Assembly (NCBI GenBank): GCA_965228855.1 | Contig: CBDDIJ010000003.1 | Span: 1,632,001 to 1,696,000 of the forward strand | DNA length: 64,000 bases | Reading direction: 5' to 3' | Source of the DNA: Candidatus Obscuribacterales bacterium | GTDB taxonomy: Bacteria; Cyanobacteriota; Vampirovibrionia; Obscuribacterales; Obscuribacteraceae | Part shown: piece by piece, positions 40,274 through 51,800 of the stretch | Layout: each line of letters begins with the position of its first letter | How positions within the stretch are numbered: the stretch's first letter is position 1 | Program-made: the position numbers and the translations under genes | Notes under the pieces: generated by a model | Database searches by the model: none | What the model saw: only the letters and a program-made list of their open reading frames with translations | What the model was told of the DNA's origin: nothing

Positions 40274-40951
40274 TCAATCCTCGAATTTCAAATTGCTCGG
40301 TTTCTGATTGCCACCACGAACATCTGTCGTCGGAACGCTCTTATCAACAATCTCAAAATTCACGTCGTCAAACCAAACCTGCCCGCCGCCGCTAAGAAGC
40401 ACGCCATAAGCGAGGTTCGTGCTTTCTTTCGGCACGTCCAAAACGTTTTCACATTTCGTCCAGTCGTTCGTACCTTTAATCGGTCGGTCTTGCATGTTGT
40501 CAAATCGCAGAGACCGTGCCTTCCCGCCATCTACACGAAACCACAGACCCGCCCAGCCCGTAACATCCTTCGACTTTATATACGAACTCAATCGAACCCG
40601 TTTCTCTCTATAGTCGCCGGGACCGCATTGTTGCATAAGGGTTCCAAACCCTTTCGGCTCCGGTACTATTGATTTAATCGTGGCACTAGCGGCGCCACTA
40701 TGCACGACTACCTTATCCACTGCCATCATATAGTCTCCAGGATGGCTTCCGGCTGGGAACCAGCCTTTCGGGAGGTTCGCACTTTGTTTAGTCGAGGGGT
40801 TTGCCTTTGAGCTTTCCGAATCTGCGTCGGCACCAGCATTGGTATCAGCGCCTTCCGCAGTCGCCGGCAGCGTCAACGCAATTGCTAGGCAAAACCCAAA
40901 GAAACTTTTGTTCAAACCATTCCATGTTTGGATCTGCGTCTTGGTGAGCAT
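40274..40951 (-). CDS. Exported protein with a carbohydrate-binding-like beta-sandwich domain
   Basis: Signal peptide; GWFPAGSHP...FGTLMQ...WAGLWFRVDG...FDNMQDRPIKGTNDW...GQVWFDD, a conserved family of uncertain function. Confidence 0.65.
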   Translation of the reverse strand: MLTKTQIQTWNGLNKSFFGFCLAIALTLPATAEGADTNAGADADSESSKANPSTKQSANLPKGWFPAGSHPGDYMMAVDKVVVHSGAASATIKSIVPEPKGFGTLMQQCGPGDYREKRVRLSSYIKSKDVTGWAGLWFRVDGGKARSLRFDNMQDRPIKGTNDWTKCENVLDVPKESTNLAYGVLLSGGGQVWFDDVNFEIVDKSVPTTDVRGGNQKPSNLKFED

Positions 40952-41002
40952 TAGCTTTCCTCTCTCGATTTGTTCCCGTCGTTTAAATAAGTGATCCTGA
41001 GC

Positions 41003-42136
41003 CTATTCGCTAGCTTTCGTCTTCTGCAACTCGCTATAGTCATCGAACCACTCTGGCTTCTGCGTATTTCCGTTTTTACTTCGAGCCTGCATCGCAATCT
41101 CATAAATACCCAACGCACCCGCACCGTCTCCGGTGGCTTTGGTGAAACGCGCGAGTGCTACAAGCAGTCGTTCTCTACCACCATAGTCCTTTAAAATTTC
41201 GTTCTTTAGATCTTTGAACTCAGTCATCTTTGACTGATTCATACAGGAAAACGCAAGAGCAAGCTTGACGTCGAGCGCACCAGACGTTTTATCTGCTAGA
41301 GCTTTAATGTGATCAAGAGATTTCTGCGCGAATGACTCCGCCTGCTCGTATCTTCCAGCACTGTTTGCAGCAAGCGCCACTCGGTACAGTCCAAGCGCTG
41401 GACGCGCATCACCAACTGGCAGTTGCTGCGCCTCGGTCGCTAGTTGATCTAGCGTGGCACCAATTCCGGCAAGCCGATCTTTACTCAATAGCGGATTGGA
41501 GGTTACTTCACTATCAATCTCAAGAGTCCTTAGAGGATCTCCATACTTGAGTTCCTCACCGTCAGTGATGGTTCGAAGTTCATCAAGCGTTTTCAATGCA
41601 TCCTGGACATGAGCACAGTAAACCTTCAACCGCTTGCTGTAATCTTTTGGAACCGTGTTATCGATGAGAGAACCCAAGATCGCCTTTGTATCGTCACCCT
41701 CGCCAAGCCTCTGCAACACCGGCCCAAAGCTCTCCTTTAGGAGTGGCAGGCATTTGCTAAACACGTCCGCCGGACTGGTTGAGAACTCAGGCATCATAGG
41801 CGATGCCAATTGCAGTTCCAACAGTAATTCCCTGATAATACGAGCACTTTCACTCGGATCCCCAGCTTTTACAAAGAAGACGACCAGATCTGATTTGACC
41901 TTTTGCAGCATCCCACTGGTATCCTGCAGACCGTTACTCGGCTGCGATGACTCGTTGCTTTCAAGTGACCGAAGAAGCTCTTTAGCGGTGCTCACTGCAA
42001 CACCTACTTTACCGCTTTTAAAGTTTTTCTCGGCATCTTGAAGCACCACCTGTGGTTCCTCTGCCATTGCAGTATTTACGGAGAACGAAATGCCGATCAA
42101 AACTGCCAGATAACGTTTAAACCATTCATGAGCCAT
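41003..42136 (-). CDS. Exported helical (TPR-like) hypothetical protein
   Basis: Signal peptide ending AMA; helical repeats. Confidence 0.6.
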   Translation of the reverse strand: MAHEWFKRYLAVLIGISFSVNTAMAEEPQVVLQDAEKNFKSGKVGVAVSTAKELLRSLESNESSQPSNGLQDTSGMLQKVKSDLVVFFVKAGDPSESARIIRELLLELQLASPMMPEFSTSPADVFSKCLPLLKESFGPVLQRLGEGDDTKAILGSLIDNTVPKDYSKRLKVYCAHVQDALKTLDELRTITDGEELKYGDPLRTLEIDSEVTSNPLLSKDRLAGIGATLDQLATEAQQLPVGDARPALGLYRVALAANSAGRYEQAESFAQKSLDHIKALADKTSGALDVKLALAFSCMNQSKMTEFKDLKNEILKDYGGRERLLVALARFTKATGDGAGALGIYEIAMQARSKNGNTQKPEWFDDYSELQKTKASE

Positions 42137-42277
42137 GTCGAATTCAAAGAACTAAACTGAGAGGGAAAGGTCCGATTATAACTCACTCACCGGTTAGTCA
42201 TCACTGAATTTGCCTTACCGCTTGAAGCCAAACCGTCTGATGCGATACATAGGCGCATTCGCACCCGCATATCCACA

Positions 42278-44667
42278 TTAATTGCTAAGTGCCCATACCT
42301 GCGAACCGAAAATGATTTTCTTCATCTTTGTAGGATCATATCCACTTAAATCATAAAGCGAAGGATCAAAATAATGCTCAGAATCAGCAGACACAGGTGC
42401 CATGCCTGAGTGCATCACGACCGTGTAACCATTCCGCAACTGCTCGTACCTATCAACAGCTGATTTAGTGATTAGAGGACAAGCAGTTACGTCGATCAGA
42501 ATCGGGTTTAACTGCTGAATTCTAGCAAACAGCCGATCGGTCAGCTTGGGATTATCCATGAGTAACAAAAACAGATAGCCGCTGGTCAAATTTTCTGGAA
42601 TGTCGTCATCTTGCAGATTCAAACCAGCCACATTCATCGATACCAATTCTGGTAACTCAAACAACTTCCTGACGCCCGAGGCACTGATTCTTGTGTGACC
42701 CACTTCGAGGAATTGTATCAATCGCAGTTTCATAAGCGATGGGACAGCCGCATCGGTGATTTTATCCGTGTCCGACAAATAGAGCAATCGTAATCTCGGA
42801 TGCAATTTGCAAACGGTTTTCACCCCCCTGTCACCAATACCGGTGCCATCCAAAGCCAGAACCTCGAGTTGAGTCAGCTTCAAGAGATGCTTTAACCCGG
42901 GATCCGAGATACCATGGCAACGAGAAAGCACGAGAGAACGCAAAGTGTGACAGCTTGAAATTGCCTCTAAGTATCTGTCGTCAATTTTGTTATCACGCAT
43001 ATCAAGAAAGACGAGATTGAAAGACATAAGTTTGTTCAAGTCTTCCGCTGAGAAGTCGGTCTCTGGAGTAATCTGCACTCTGGTAACATCACGACGTTTT
43101 CTCAAAGTATCGAAGCACTCTTCATTCAATCGTCCTTTGACGATTAGCCACTCAACATCATTTTTTCGTTTAAGCGTCAACGATGCTTGTGCGATAAGCT
43201 TTCCCTGTGGAGCATCGCGAGAAACCTGCTTGAGTGCTAACATCCCGGCAAAAAACAGCAACGCTGCGCCGACAGCCAGAATCAAAGCAGGCAATTTCGA
43301 TCTCTTGCTATCGACCGATGTCGGGTTAGTATTGTCTGCACCTTGCGATGAGGATAACTCCGCATTTAGTTCGTTTAAAACTGATAACAGTTCCGATTCG
43401 AATTCCCGCATGCTCTGTATCCGCTCGGCACGCGACTTCCGGATCGCCCTGGAGACAATCTCTTCCAGCTTTGCAGGATAAGCAGTACCGGGATTACTTT
43501 CGGAGAGCGATGGTGGCACTTCGCTGATCTGCTTGTGCAACGTTTCCAGCATCGAGTCTCCTTCAAGAGGATACTTTCCTGTCAGCGTAAAGTACAGCGT
43601 GCAACCTAGCGAATAGATATCGCTGCGTCTATCGATCTTTTCGCCCCTCGCTTGTTCCGGGCTTGCCACAGTCGCAGTGCCAATGAAATAACCCGCGCTG
43701 CTAAGAGTTGAGTCCTGAATGTTTTGATTTTTAGCAATGCCAAAATCGAGAAGCGTTACTCTTAACTCTGGCTCCTGCTCAGTATCTTCCTGGTCCGTTA
43801 CTTTATCGACGATAACAGTTCCGATTCGAATTCCCGCATGCTCTGTATCCGCTCGGCACGCGACTTCCGGATCGCCCTGGAGACAATCTCTTCCAGCTTT
43901 GCAGGATAAGCAGTACCGGGATTACTTTCGGAGAGCGATGGTGGCACTTCGCTGATCTGCTTGTGCAACGTTTCCAGCATCGAGTCTCCTTCAAGAGGAT
44001 ACTTTCCTGTCAGCGTAAAGTACAGCGTGCAACCTAGCGAATAGATATCGCTGCGTCTATCGATCTTTTCGCCCCTCGCTTGTTCCGGGCTTGCCACAGT
44101 CGCAGTGCCAATGAAATAACCCGCGCTGCTAAGAGTTGAGTCCTGAATGTTTTGATTTTTAGCAATGCCAAAATCGAGAAGCGTTACTCTTAACTCTGGC
44201 TCCTGCTCAGTATCTTCCTGGTCCGTTACTTTATCGACGATAACATTTCTTGGAGTCAAATCTCGATGAAGTATGCCTTCCCTATGCGCATATTCCATCG
44301 CCCTGCAGATTTCCACTGCTATCTTTATTGCTTCACCCAGATTGAGTGGACCATTTTCTTTTACAAGCTGATGAAGCGAACTCCCGCTAACATACTCCAT
44401 CAACATCAGGGGTCTCTGATCTTGCGTGACGATGAAGTCGTAAACATCGATGATGTTCGGATGTTTTAAACGGCAAACCGTTTTCGCCTCACGTTGCAAA
44501 TTCGCGTAATGAGAAATCGGTACGCTTCGGTCGCCCTTGAGAATCTTGATAGCGACGAGTCTCTTGAGCACACGATCTCTTGCTTTCAGAACTGTGCCGC
44601 TACCTCCTGAACCTATCCGGGCCAGGATTTCGTAACGGTCCAGTATTTCGTCAGGAAGGTCGCTCAC
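42278..44667 (-). pseudogene. Transmembrane Ser/Thr kinase-LRR gene frameshifted by an internal tandem duplication
   Basis: Kinase ORF 43798-44667 (GSGGSG, VAIK, HRDL, DFG) and kinase C-lobe-TM-LRR ORF 42278-43669 share identical sequence; removing 428 bp leaves 654 in-frame codons. Confidence 0.88.
43383..44245. repeat. 428-bp tandem duplication bounded by GATAACA microhomology
   Basis: Units 43383-43810 and 43811-44238 appear identical; GATAACA at 43383, 43811 and 44239. Confidence 0.93.
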
Positions 44668-44727
44668 ACGTACATTCTACATGACGTTAAGACGTCGAAA
44701 AACGCAATCATTTTTCAGAACAAGCTA

Positions 44728-45012
44728 CTAGCGGTCGAACTGATACCACTTTCGCTTCTGGCGCTTCGACGCGACAACGCTCATTGAGACTCTCCTTCCT
44801 TCAAGGAGGTGTCCATTGAGATCTTGGACGGCTTGGGACGCTTCTTCGTCAGTATCCATGTCGACAAAGGCGTAGCCTCTCGATTTCCCTGTTTTCGGAT
44901 CCGTTGGAATCGATACCGTTGTCACCCCACCTGCTGTACCAGCGGAGAAAAACTCGCGGATGTGCTCTTCCGATAATTGAGATGGGAGATTGCCGAGCAA
45001 TATTTGACTCAT
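44728..45012 (-). CDS. RRM (RNP-1) RNA-binding protein
   Basis: ILLGNL (RNP2) and RGYAFVDM (RNP1). Confidence 0.92.
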   Translation of the reverse strand: MSQILLGNLPSQLSEEHIREFFSAGTAGGVTTVSIPTDPKTGKSRGYAFVDMDTDEEASQAVQDLNGHLLEGRRVSMSVVASKRQKRKWYQFDR

Positions 45013-45022
45013 ATTTTCATCA

Positions 45023-45364
45023 TCAGCGCACTGCCTCTAGAAATCTCAGATCGTACATCCACTCTTCATCAGGACGGTCGCTGAGAACGCTTATCATACC
45101 CGTGCTACCGAACGACATTTTCAGAATTTCCCACTGGTCATCACTGATTTCGCCGTGTTGACAGGTCAATCCACCCTCTTCCCAGATGACGCTCACAGTT
45201 CTGCGGTTCTCCGGAGAATCGGGAAAAACTGCATAAGTCCCCAGTCGCGTTATGCGACCATAGTGCCAGCGGAAGTCAGCACCTTTTTTCTCCGCCTGTG
45301 CCGCATCCATTGCGTTGGCGTCAGCGCGTTTCATTTTCGAGGAGGTTTGTTTCTCTTTGGGCAT
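45023..45364 (-). CDS. Hypothetical protein
   Basis: 113-aa ORF directly upstream of and co-oriented with the RRM gene. Confidence 0.6.
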   Translation of the reverse strand: MPKEKQTSSKMKRADANAMDAAQAEKKGADFRWHYGRITRLGTYAVFPDSPENRRTVSVIWEEGGLTCQHGEISDDQWEILKMSFGSTGMISVLSDRPDEEWMYDLRFLEAVR

Positions 45365-45948
45365 TGTTGGCTTTTACCTGTTGGGCGTGCCAGTGAAGAG
45401 ATACCAGACACTCCCTTTGCACGCGAAGGAAGAATCAGATGTTTTCTTTATGGGAAAAGAGACTTAGACGACAAACTTAAGTTAACTCACCTTTGACCAA
45501 AAACTCCAAGGAGAGCACAACGGCCGAACTGAATCTATGTAACCATTATTGCACGTCCCGGCGCAGCCGGATCGTTCGAGCGCGAAACAAATCCATAATA
45601 CGCTAGAGATATAGAGCCTGTGGCATATCGCGTTCAAATCTTCTGGCTACCATCGAGAAATTATCGTGATCGTCTCATCTTCGCGGCTGCTCCTATTTCA
45701 AAACCATTTGTGGCGTGGTTGAGTCATTCTTACTATTGAGAAATCACTAAGGTCACTTTGCACTACCAATGGTGTCATCTGCAAAACGCTTTTGACTGCG
45801 CCCCAGCTCCGGCCGTCTGCGCCCTCTCTTCCAATGAAGTCGTCTTCGACAACTTCATTGGCGAATCAAGGGAGCACTTGACTCTTTTACCTGCGGCAGT
45901 GCATGTTAGAAGTGGAGCTGCGATTGTCACTGAGGGTGTTCTTTCCAG

Positions 45949-47031
45949 ATGCCGAAAAAGAAAACATCTGCCGCGAATATTCGAAAAGCCGCAGGCGACT
46001 ACGATCTCTTGATCATCGCCATCGTTGCTCTAGTGATCGTAGGCGGCTTGATTTTTCTTGCGCTCCATATGATAGGGCAGTCGGAAGAGCACGTAGAAAG
46101 AGTTCGAGAGACGAAAATCCCATACAAAGAGTCACTTCAGTGGCGTGAGGAGAACCTGAGAAGTGAAGAGCGGTTGAAGAGCGACCTGGCAAACGCCCCC
46201 AATCAAACCGAAGCGGATTACGGCGACATGAATCTGAATGACGACTGTATGAAACTCATAGGTCGCATGTCTCATCTTCGGAAACTCACGTTAACCAGAG
46301 CCGTATTGAAGGATTCCTCGCTAAGGCATTTGACCCGACTGCCTTTGAAGAAACTCGGATTGCATGGCGCTACGATCACAAACAAGGCAATTCCGTATCT
46401 ACTGGAAATGAAGGAACTAGCGGATCTTGAGATCGGAGACACTGAAGTCGACGATCAAGGTTTGAAGTTGCTTTCGCAGTCTAAAAGCATCAATAGACTG
46501 GTTCTTACTCTAGGTCGATGCTTCTCGAATGAGGGGATCAAGCACATCTGCGGCATGCGCCAACTGATGGAGCTCGAAATTGGGCACGCCAAAAACATAG
46601 ATGCTGATTGTCTGCAGTCTCTTAATAGAACGAGCAGTTTAGTCAGCTTGAACTTAGAAGGTATCGAATTCAAGGACGACACGGCTGATCGTCTCAAACA
46701 GCTTTCCAACGTGCGCCATCTCCATTTTTCAATGTGCCGACTGAAGGACTCAGATCTTGCCAAGATTGCAACGATTAAGTCACTACAAACAATCACTCTC
46801 TTTGGAGAAGATATTACTGACCAGGGACTCATGTCGCTTGGGAAGTGCGATGACATTCGCGGCATCGTAGTGAAGCGCTGTGCAAACGTCACCGCAGACG
46901 GTATCAGAGAACTTGAGCAACTGCGTCCGGACTGTAAGGTAAATTACGTCCCAGCAAAAACATTCTCTGAAAATCAAGTTCGACCGGAAATCGACCTGCT
47001 GGAAAGCACTATAAGCGATCCCGGCGATTAG
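45949..47031 (+). CDS. Single-TM leucine-rich-repeat protein
   Basis: N-terminal TM; repeated LxxLxL...ITD.GL motifs. Confidence 0.85.
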   Translation: MPKKKTSAANIRKAAGDYDLLIIAIVALVIVGGLIFLALHMIGQSEEHVERVRETKIPYKESLQWREENLRSEERLKSDLANAPNQTEADYGDMNLNDDCMKLIGRMSHLRKLTLTRAVLKDSSLRHLTRLPLKKLGLHGATITNKAIPYLLEMKELADLEIGDTEVDDQGLKLLSQSKSINRLVLTLGRCFSNEGIKHICGMRQLMELEIGHAKNIDADCLQSLNRTSSLVSLNLEGIEFKDDTADRLKQLSNVRHLHFSMCRLKDSDLAKIATIKSLQTITLFGEDITDQGLMSLGKCDDIRGIVVKRCANVTADGIRELEQLRPDCKVNYVPAKTFSENQVRPEIDLLESTISDPGD

Positions 47032-47063
47032 CTATCAGGTCCCAATCGCAACGGCGCTTTTAC

Positions 47064-47531
47064 TCACGACTGATTCGGATCTGAAGTCCAATGTTCACTG
47101 ATGTCATGCCCGTTTTTGAAAGCCTTTTTCTTACTCTTCGAATAAAGGACATCGTCATCCGGATAGAAAATTTCGTCATTCGGATCAGGTATGCCGACAT
47201 CAAGAATCTCCAGGAGGTCATTTGAAGTGTTTATAAACTGATGGGCAATCAGTTGACCGGCTGGTTTCGCAAAACAATCACCTGCTTTCACAGCATACTC
47301 CTGATCGTTTATCCGTAGCGTTCCATCGCCTTTGAGCACCAGGAAGAACTCTTCCTGAAGTGAGTGCGAATGCATCTTTGCAGACTTCGCGCCCGGTTTT
47401 AGTACATCTATGTTTGCATACAACCGTTGCGAACCGGCTGCCGCTCCAAGTAAAAGAGTAGTCAGCATCGGACCGGTATCCATAAACTCTGCCGCCAGAT
47501 CGTCTCGTTTTTTTATGAACTTGCTTGCCAT
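47064..47531 (-). CDS. Cupin-domain protein
   Basis: HSHSLQEEFFLVLKG, GDCFAKPAG...AHQFIN, YPD. Confidence 0.9.
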   Translation of the reverse strand: MASKFIKKRDDLAAEFMDTGPMLTTLLLGAAAGSQRLYANIDVLKPGAKSAKMHSHSLQEEFFLVLKGDGTLRINDQEYAVKAGDCFAKPAGQLIAHQFINTSNDLLEILDVGIPDPNDEIFYPDDDVLYSKSKKKAFKNGHDISEHWTSDPNQS

Positions 47532-47800
47532 TCACTAAGCCCCTGCATCTATCGAATAAAGCATACCCTAGATACGAGCATGTCAACTAATAAAGATGCC
47601 CTGGTTGCAGAGAATTCAGTGCGTGGCTGCTCAGTGAGAAACTCGACTGGAGCGAAACGTTCAAAGTAATATCCGGGATCTCAGTGCGGAAAACCGTCAG
47701 CAAACACAATATCGAAAGCTGTTTGGGTTCAAAAACTTCACGGCTCAGCGATAGCCTTAAGTTGCCGAAGCAAAGCGGTTTTACGACCGTAGCACCGTAA

Positions 47801-48343
47801 ATGGTATCAGCTCAGAATTACGCACATCCCCAAGAAGCATCGAAGAAAATGACAAACCCATTCATTCAATCAGAAGTCAGTGCCGAAAGTTCTTTCCCGC
47901 AGTTCAACGCATTGGAGAGCGCAGCACCAGCCGCACTAAAGGAAATGCCGATGTATCTGCCGGAAACTCAGATTGTTAATTCGAATGCTCTGGCAAGTTT
48001 CGATGCCGACCAAAACCAACCATTCGAAATCACAGACGGCAACACAGTCGTGGCGTCGAGCTGCCCAGGCGGCTGCAATTGCTCCGAATACAGAGTCAGT
48101 GGATGGAATCGGAATGCCCGTTCGCAAAACAATTTGTCCTCTTCCTGCGATGACGGCAGTTGTGACGACGGAGGGGATTATGATCCCAGCAGCGATTGGG
48201 ACGATGGCGGGTGCGACGATGGCAGCTGTGACGACGGTGGCGGTGGATTGCTCCGCGGACTGCTTCGCCGTTTCGGAAGGGGTGGACTCATGGGTCTTTT
48301 CGGCGGTGGCGGTTTAGGATTTGCACGAGCATTCAGACGCTAG
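47801..48343 (+). CDS. Hypothetical protein with Cys/Asp-rich repeats and a cationic Gly-rich tail
   Basis: 180-aa ORF; CDDG x4; C-terminal GLLRGLLRRFGRGG...RAFRR. Confidence 0.6.
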   Translation: MVSAQNYAHPQEASKKMTNPFIQSEVSAESSFPQFNALESAAPAALKEMPMYLPETQIVNSNALASFDADQNQPFEITDGNTVVASSCPGGCNCSEYRVSGWNRNARSQNNLSSSCDDGSCDDGGDYDPSSDWDDGGCDDGSCDDGGGGLLRGLLRRFGRGGLMGLFGGGGLGFARAFRR

Positions 48344-48870
48344 CGCCCACCATAGAATTTGGACTTACTGCAGACGCAAGGCAATTCAACATATCGGCGG
48401 TCGAGGCTCTGACGAGACCGCCCATAGACGCGCTACCATATTTGTCAGCGAATATCATCACCCACTTGGCTGATGAAGGTCAGTTCGCAGATAAAGAACT
48501 TGTTAACAACATTCTTCCACGGTGCGAGATGCACTAAGTTCAATAAGCTCACCTACCTTGTTTTCTTACTTCAACATCAATTCACCGAGGCTAAACGTGC
48601 TCCATCAAAGCATTTAGAGCCTCCCGACTACAATCACCGAACGACACCGCATATGGTGCGCCGGTTTGGCGAAGTTGATTAAACTCGATGAAACGCTCGA
48701 CGGATCTGTCGCTTTAGCAGCATTGGGTGTGAAAGGCGGCTAGACACTAAATTCCAGCTACTGTAAACTTTAGATTCAAAATCCGCCGCATCTCTCCTGC
48801 TACGGAGCCATTTCGAGGCGGTGGAAGAACTCGTCTCGGGAAACTGAGTTTTCCTTGCCTGTTCAATCGA

Positions 48871-51800
48871 TTGCAAGCTGGAATCCAAGGAGAGGCTGTT
48901 TTGAAGATTCAATACGACAGACGCAACGCCCGCAGCACTTCCGCGCTTATAGCGAGCGCATCCTTTGCGACTCTGTCAGGAGCAATGTTTTCCCCTGCAG
49001 CGGCGGCAGACAGAATCCCAGACCTGAACCGCACCGACCGTCATGACCGAGCCCTTTTGCGTCATACCCTTAATCGCGACAATCGTGAATCAAGGGCTAG
49101 AGAAATTCCAATCCCTGGAATTCAAAATCTGGCTGCAACTCTTCCAGTCTCGAGAGCCGCAGAGAGAGGACATCGGCTCAATTTAAGCAACGAGCTTCGA
49201 GGCCGTCTGCAGTTAGACCTTGGCTCAAACCGTTCAGCGATTCGATTGACCGACAACTTGTTGGAAGACTCGTCAATCACAATTACCGTTGGTGAGCAAA
49301 CGCAAACGCTGTCCGCCGGATCAAGGGTTACTGCAGGAGAATTTGTAGCAGTCAAGCAAGTCATCGAAGGCGGCAATCAAACCATTAATCTGGATAACTC
49401 CGGAACCGCTGTGTCGGGATTTTTCTCGCTTGATTCTTTGGGTACAGGCAAGGTCTCGAGACTGGTAATCCCGCAGGGCGTTACCGGAATCGACGATGTT
49501 TCGTCAAATGGTGGTCTTCGCGTCGCCGGAAACATTTTCAACTCTGGCAGCATTTACGCCGTATCCAGCGATCCCGGCAACAAATCAGCAGATATTTCAG
49601 CAAAGAACATAATAAATCGGTCAACAGGAGTCATCACAACCGAAGTACCTGTTGGAGTTAACGAGTTAAATTCATCGAATGTTTCAGACCTCAGTCTCAG
49701 CCTCAACTCCTCCAAACATGTATTGAACAGAGGCTTGATCACGAGTGCAAATGATTTGACGATCTCTGCGGGTGGCTCAATCTCGAATATCGGATCAGCG
49801 GAAGCGTCATCGACAATTGGTCAGCTCAACGCAGCCCATGATCTCAACTTGGTTATCGGTCAGGGAACCTTAAACAACAGCGGTCGGATTACGAGTTCCG
49901 AAAGTCGAATAAACATTTCCTCTAAAGCTTCTGATAGCGACATAATTATCAATTCATTGGGCGGCACATTCTCCGCGCTCAATGGGGAGATTAACGTTCG
50001 CAATTCATCCTTCAACGGTTCAAAAAACATTGCTTTATTGGGCGGAGACTACCTCGCCAAAGATCTCAATTTAAACAGCGGCTCAGGCAAGATATTTGGC
50101 TATACCGGTGAGATAACAGGTCGAGTCAATTCGATTGCAAGTGAAGAACATCTGTATGCGAATAGTAAGACATTAGTGCTAGGCAACAACTGTATAACTG
50201 GAGATCCGACGTTCGTCAATTCGGGTGGCGACATTGTCATCAATGGAATTAATACATTTGGCGAAAACACTGCAATAATCGCGAGTGAGAACATTCTGGA
50301 CGATGGACTGGGTAGCGGAGCCCAACTAATCAATCACGGGTTCAATCTTACTTTGATCGCTGGGGCCGATATTACTGTCCAGGGCACCGGTGGTGGTGAC
50401 AATTCAAATGCAATCAACTTAAACACAGCCAGTAAACTGCTCGGGGCGCAGCAAGTTATAGTCGATTTCTCGAACGGAGCTGGCGGCAACATCGACCTTT
50501 CCTCATCCTCGATAAGCCAGGTGATAGACACGAGCGGCACGGTCGGGAAGGGCGGGGATGTGACTCTGGTCGCCAACGCAAATGGAAACCAGGGAGGAAA
50601 AGTACTTCTAAATACCGCAAGCGTAATAAACACTTCAGGAGCCGGTACTGGCGCAGGTGGGAATGTAACCATTTTGGCAGGCGCTGATCCTTCGGCATTC
50701 AGTACCACGATTCAACTTGGAAGCATCGCAACCGCTCCCGGCAGTACCCCTCAATCTGGTGTTCAGTTCGGTAATGCGGGCTCGGTTTTGATCGCCACAT
50801 CTGCTGCGCAAAACACGAGCGCCGGAAGCAGCGTAACATTTGACACTCAAGGCACGATCGTGGCCGGCGGTGGAATTACTAGCACTGGCGTGCTGAGTGA
50901 CCGCGCACGCGTTTTGATAGGAGGAGATATTTCTACCGCGCCATCAGGCATGGGAAGTGGAGCTATCCCTAACGGAGTTGCTGGAGCAAATGCTGGTGCC
51001 ATATCAATTTCTGCAGGTGATGATCTAGCGGTTGAAGGCACAAAGGGTCTACTTTCATTCGGACAAGGTGGTCTTGGTGGCTTTTCAGGAAGCAACGGCA
51101 GGGGAGGCGATGGCGGCGATGGGGCGCCTATAACTCTGTTCTCTAAAAATGGGTCTATCGATATAGCCGCCGATATTAATACTTCCGGCGGTGGCGGCGG
51201 TGGTGGTGCTGGCGGTGGCAACGGCGCCTCGATATCCGGCGAACCTGGAGGCGCAGGAGGTACAGCGGGTCTAATTACCGTTCAGGCGCAATCCGGTGCA
51301 ATCAATATTGGTGGTTCTGTGTTCGCTGCTGACGGCGGCAGAGGCGGAGCTGGTGGCAATGGTGCGGCGTCAAACGGTGGCGGTGGCGGCGGTGGTGGCA
51401 GCTACGGCGGTGGCGGTGGTGGTGCCAGCGATGGTAATGGCAACGGTGGTGGCGGTGGCAGCGGCTATTTTGGGGGTGGAGGCGGCGGCAGCAGCTCAAT
51501 AGCGGGCGGCGGCGGTGGTTCTGATCTAATTGCCACCGGTGCAGGTTCTGCCGGAGGCGGTACTGCCGGTAGTGGATCAGCGGGCATAGGCGGCACTGCC
51601 AATGGTGGTGCGCTGGGAGGCGCTTCAATTGGTCTCGGTGGACAGGGTGCCGCGGCTGGTGGTGGGATAAAAGATGGTGCTTCCGGTTCCGATGCTTCAC
51701 TCACAGCGGGCGGCGCCGATGTCTCGCTGAGTGGCAACTCGCTGACACTCAATGGCAGATTGATTGGGAAAAATCTTACAATCGAAAGCGGCACGAATCT

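Noticed and set aside
48396..48422. GGCGGTC/GACCGCC hairpin after the Cys/Asp-rich gene as a terminator
   Set aside because: Large loop and no U-tract on either strand
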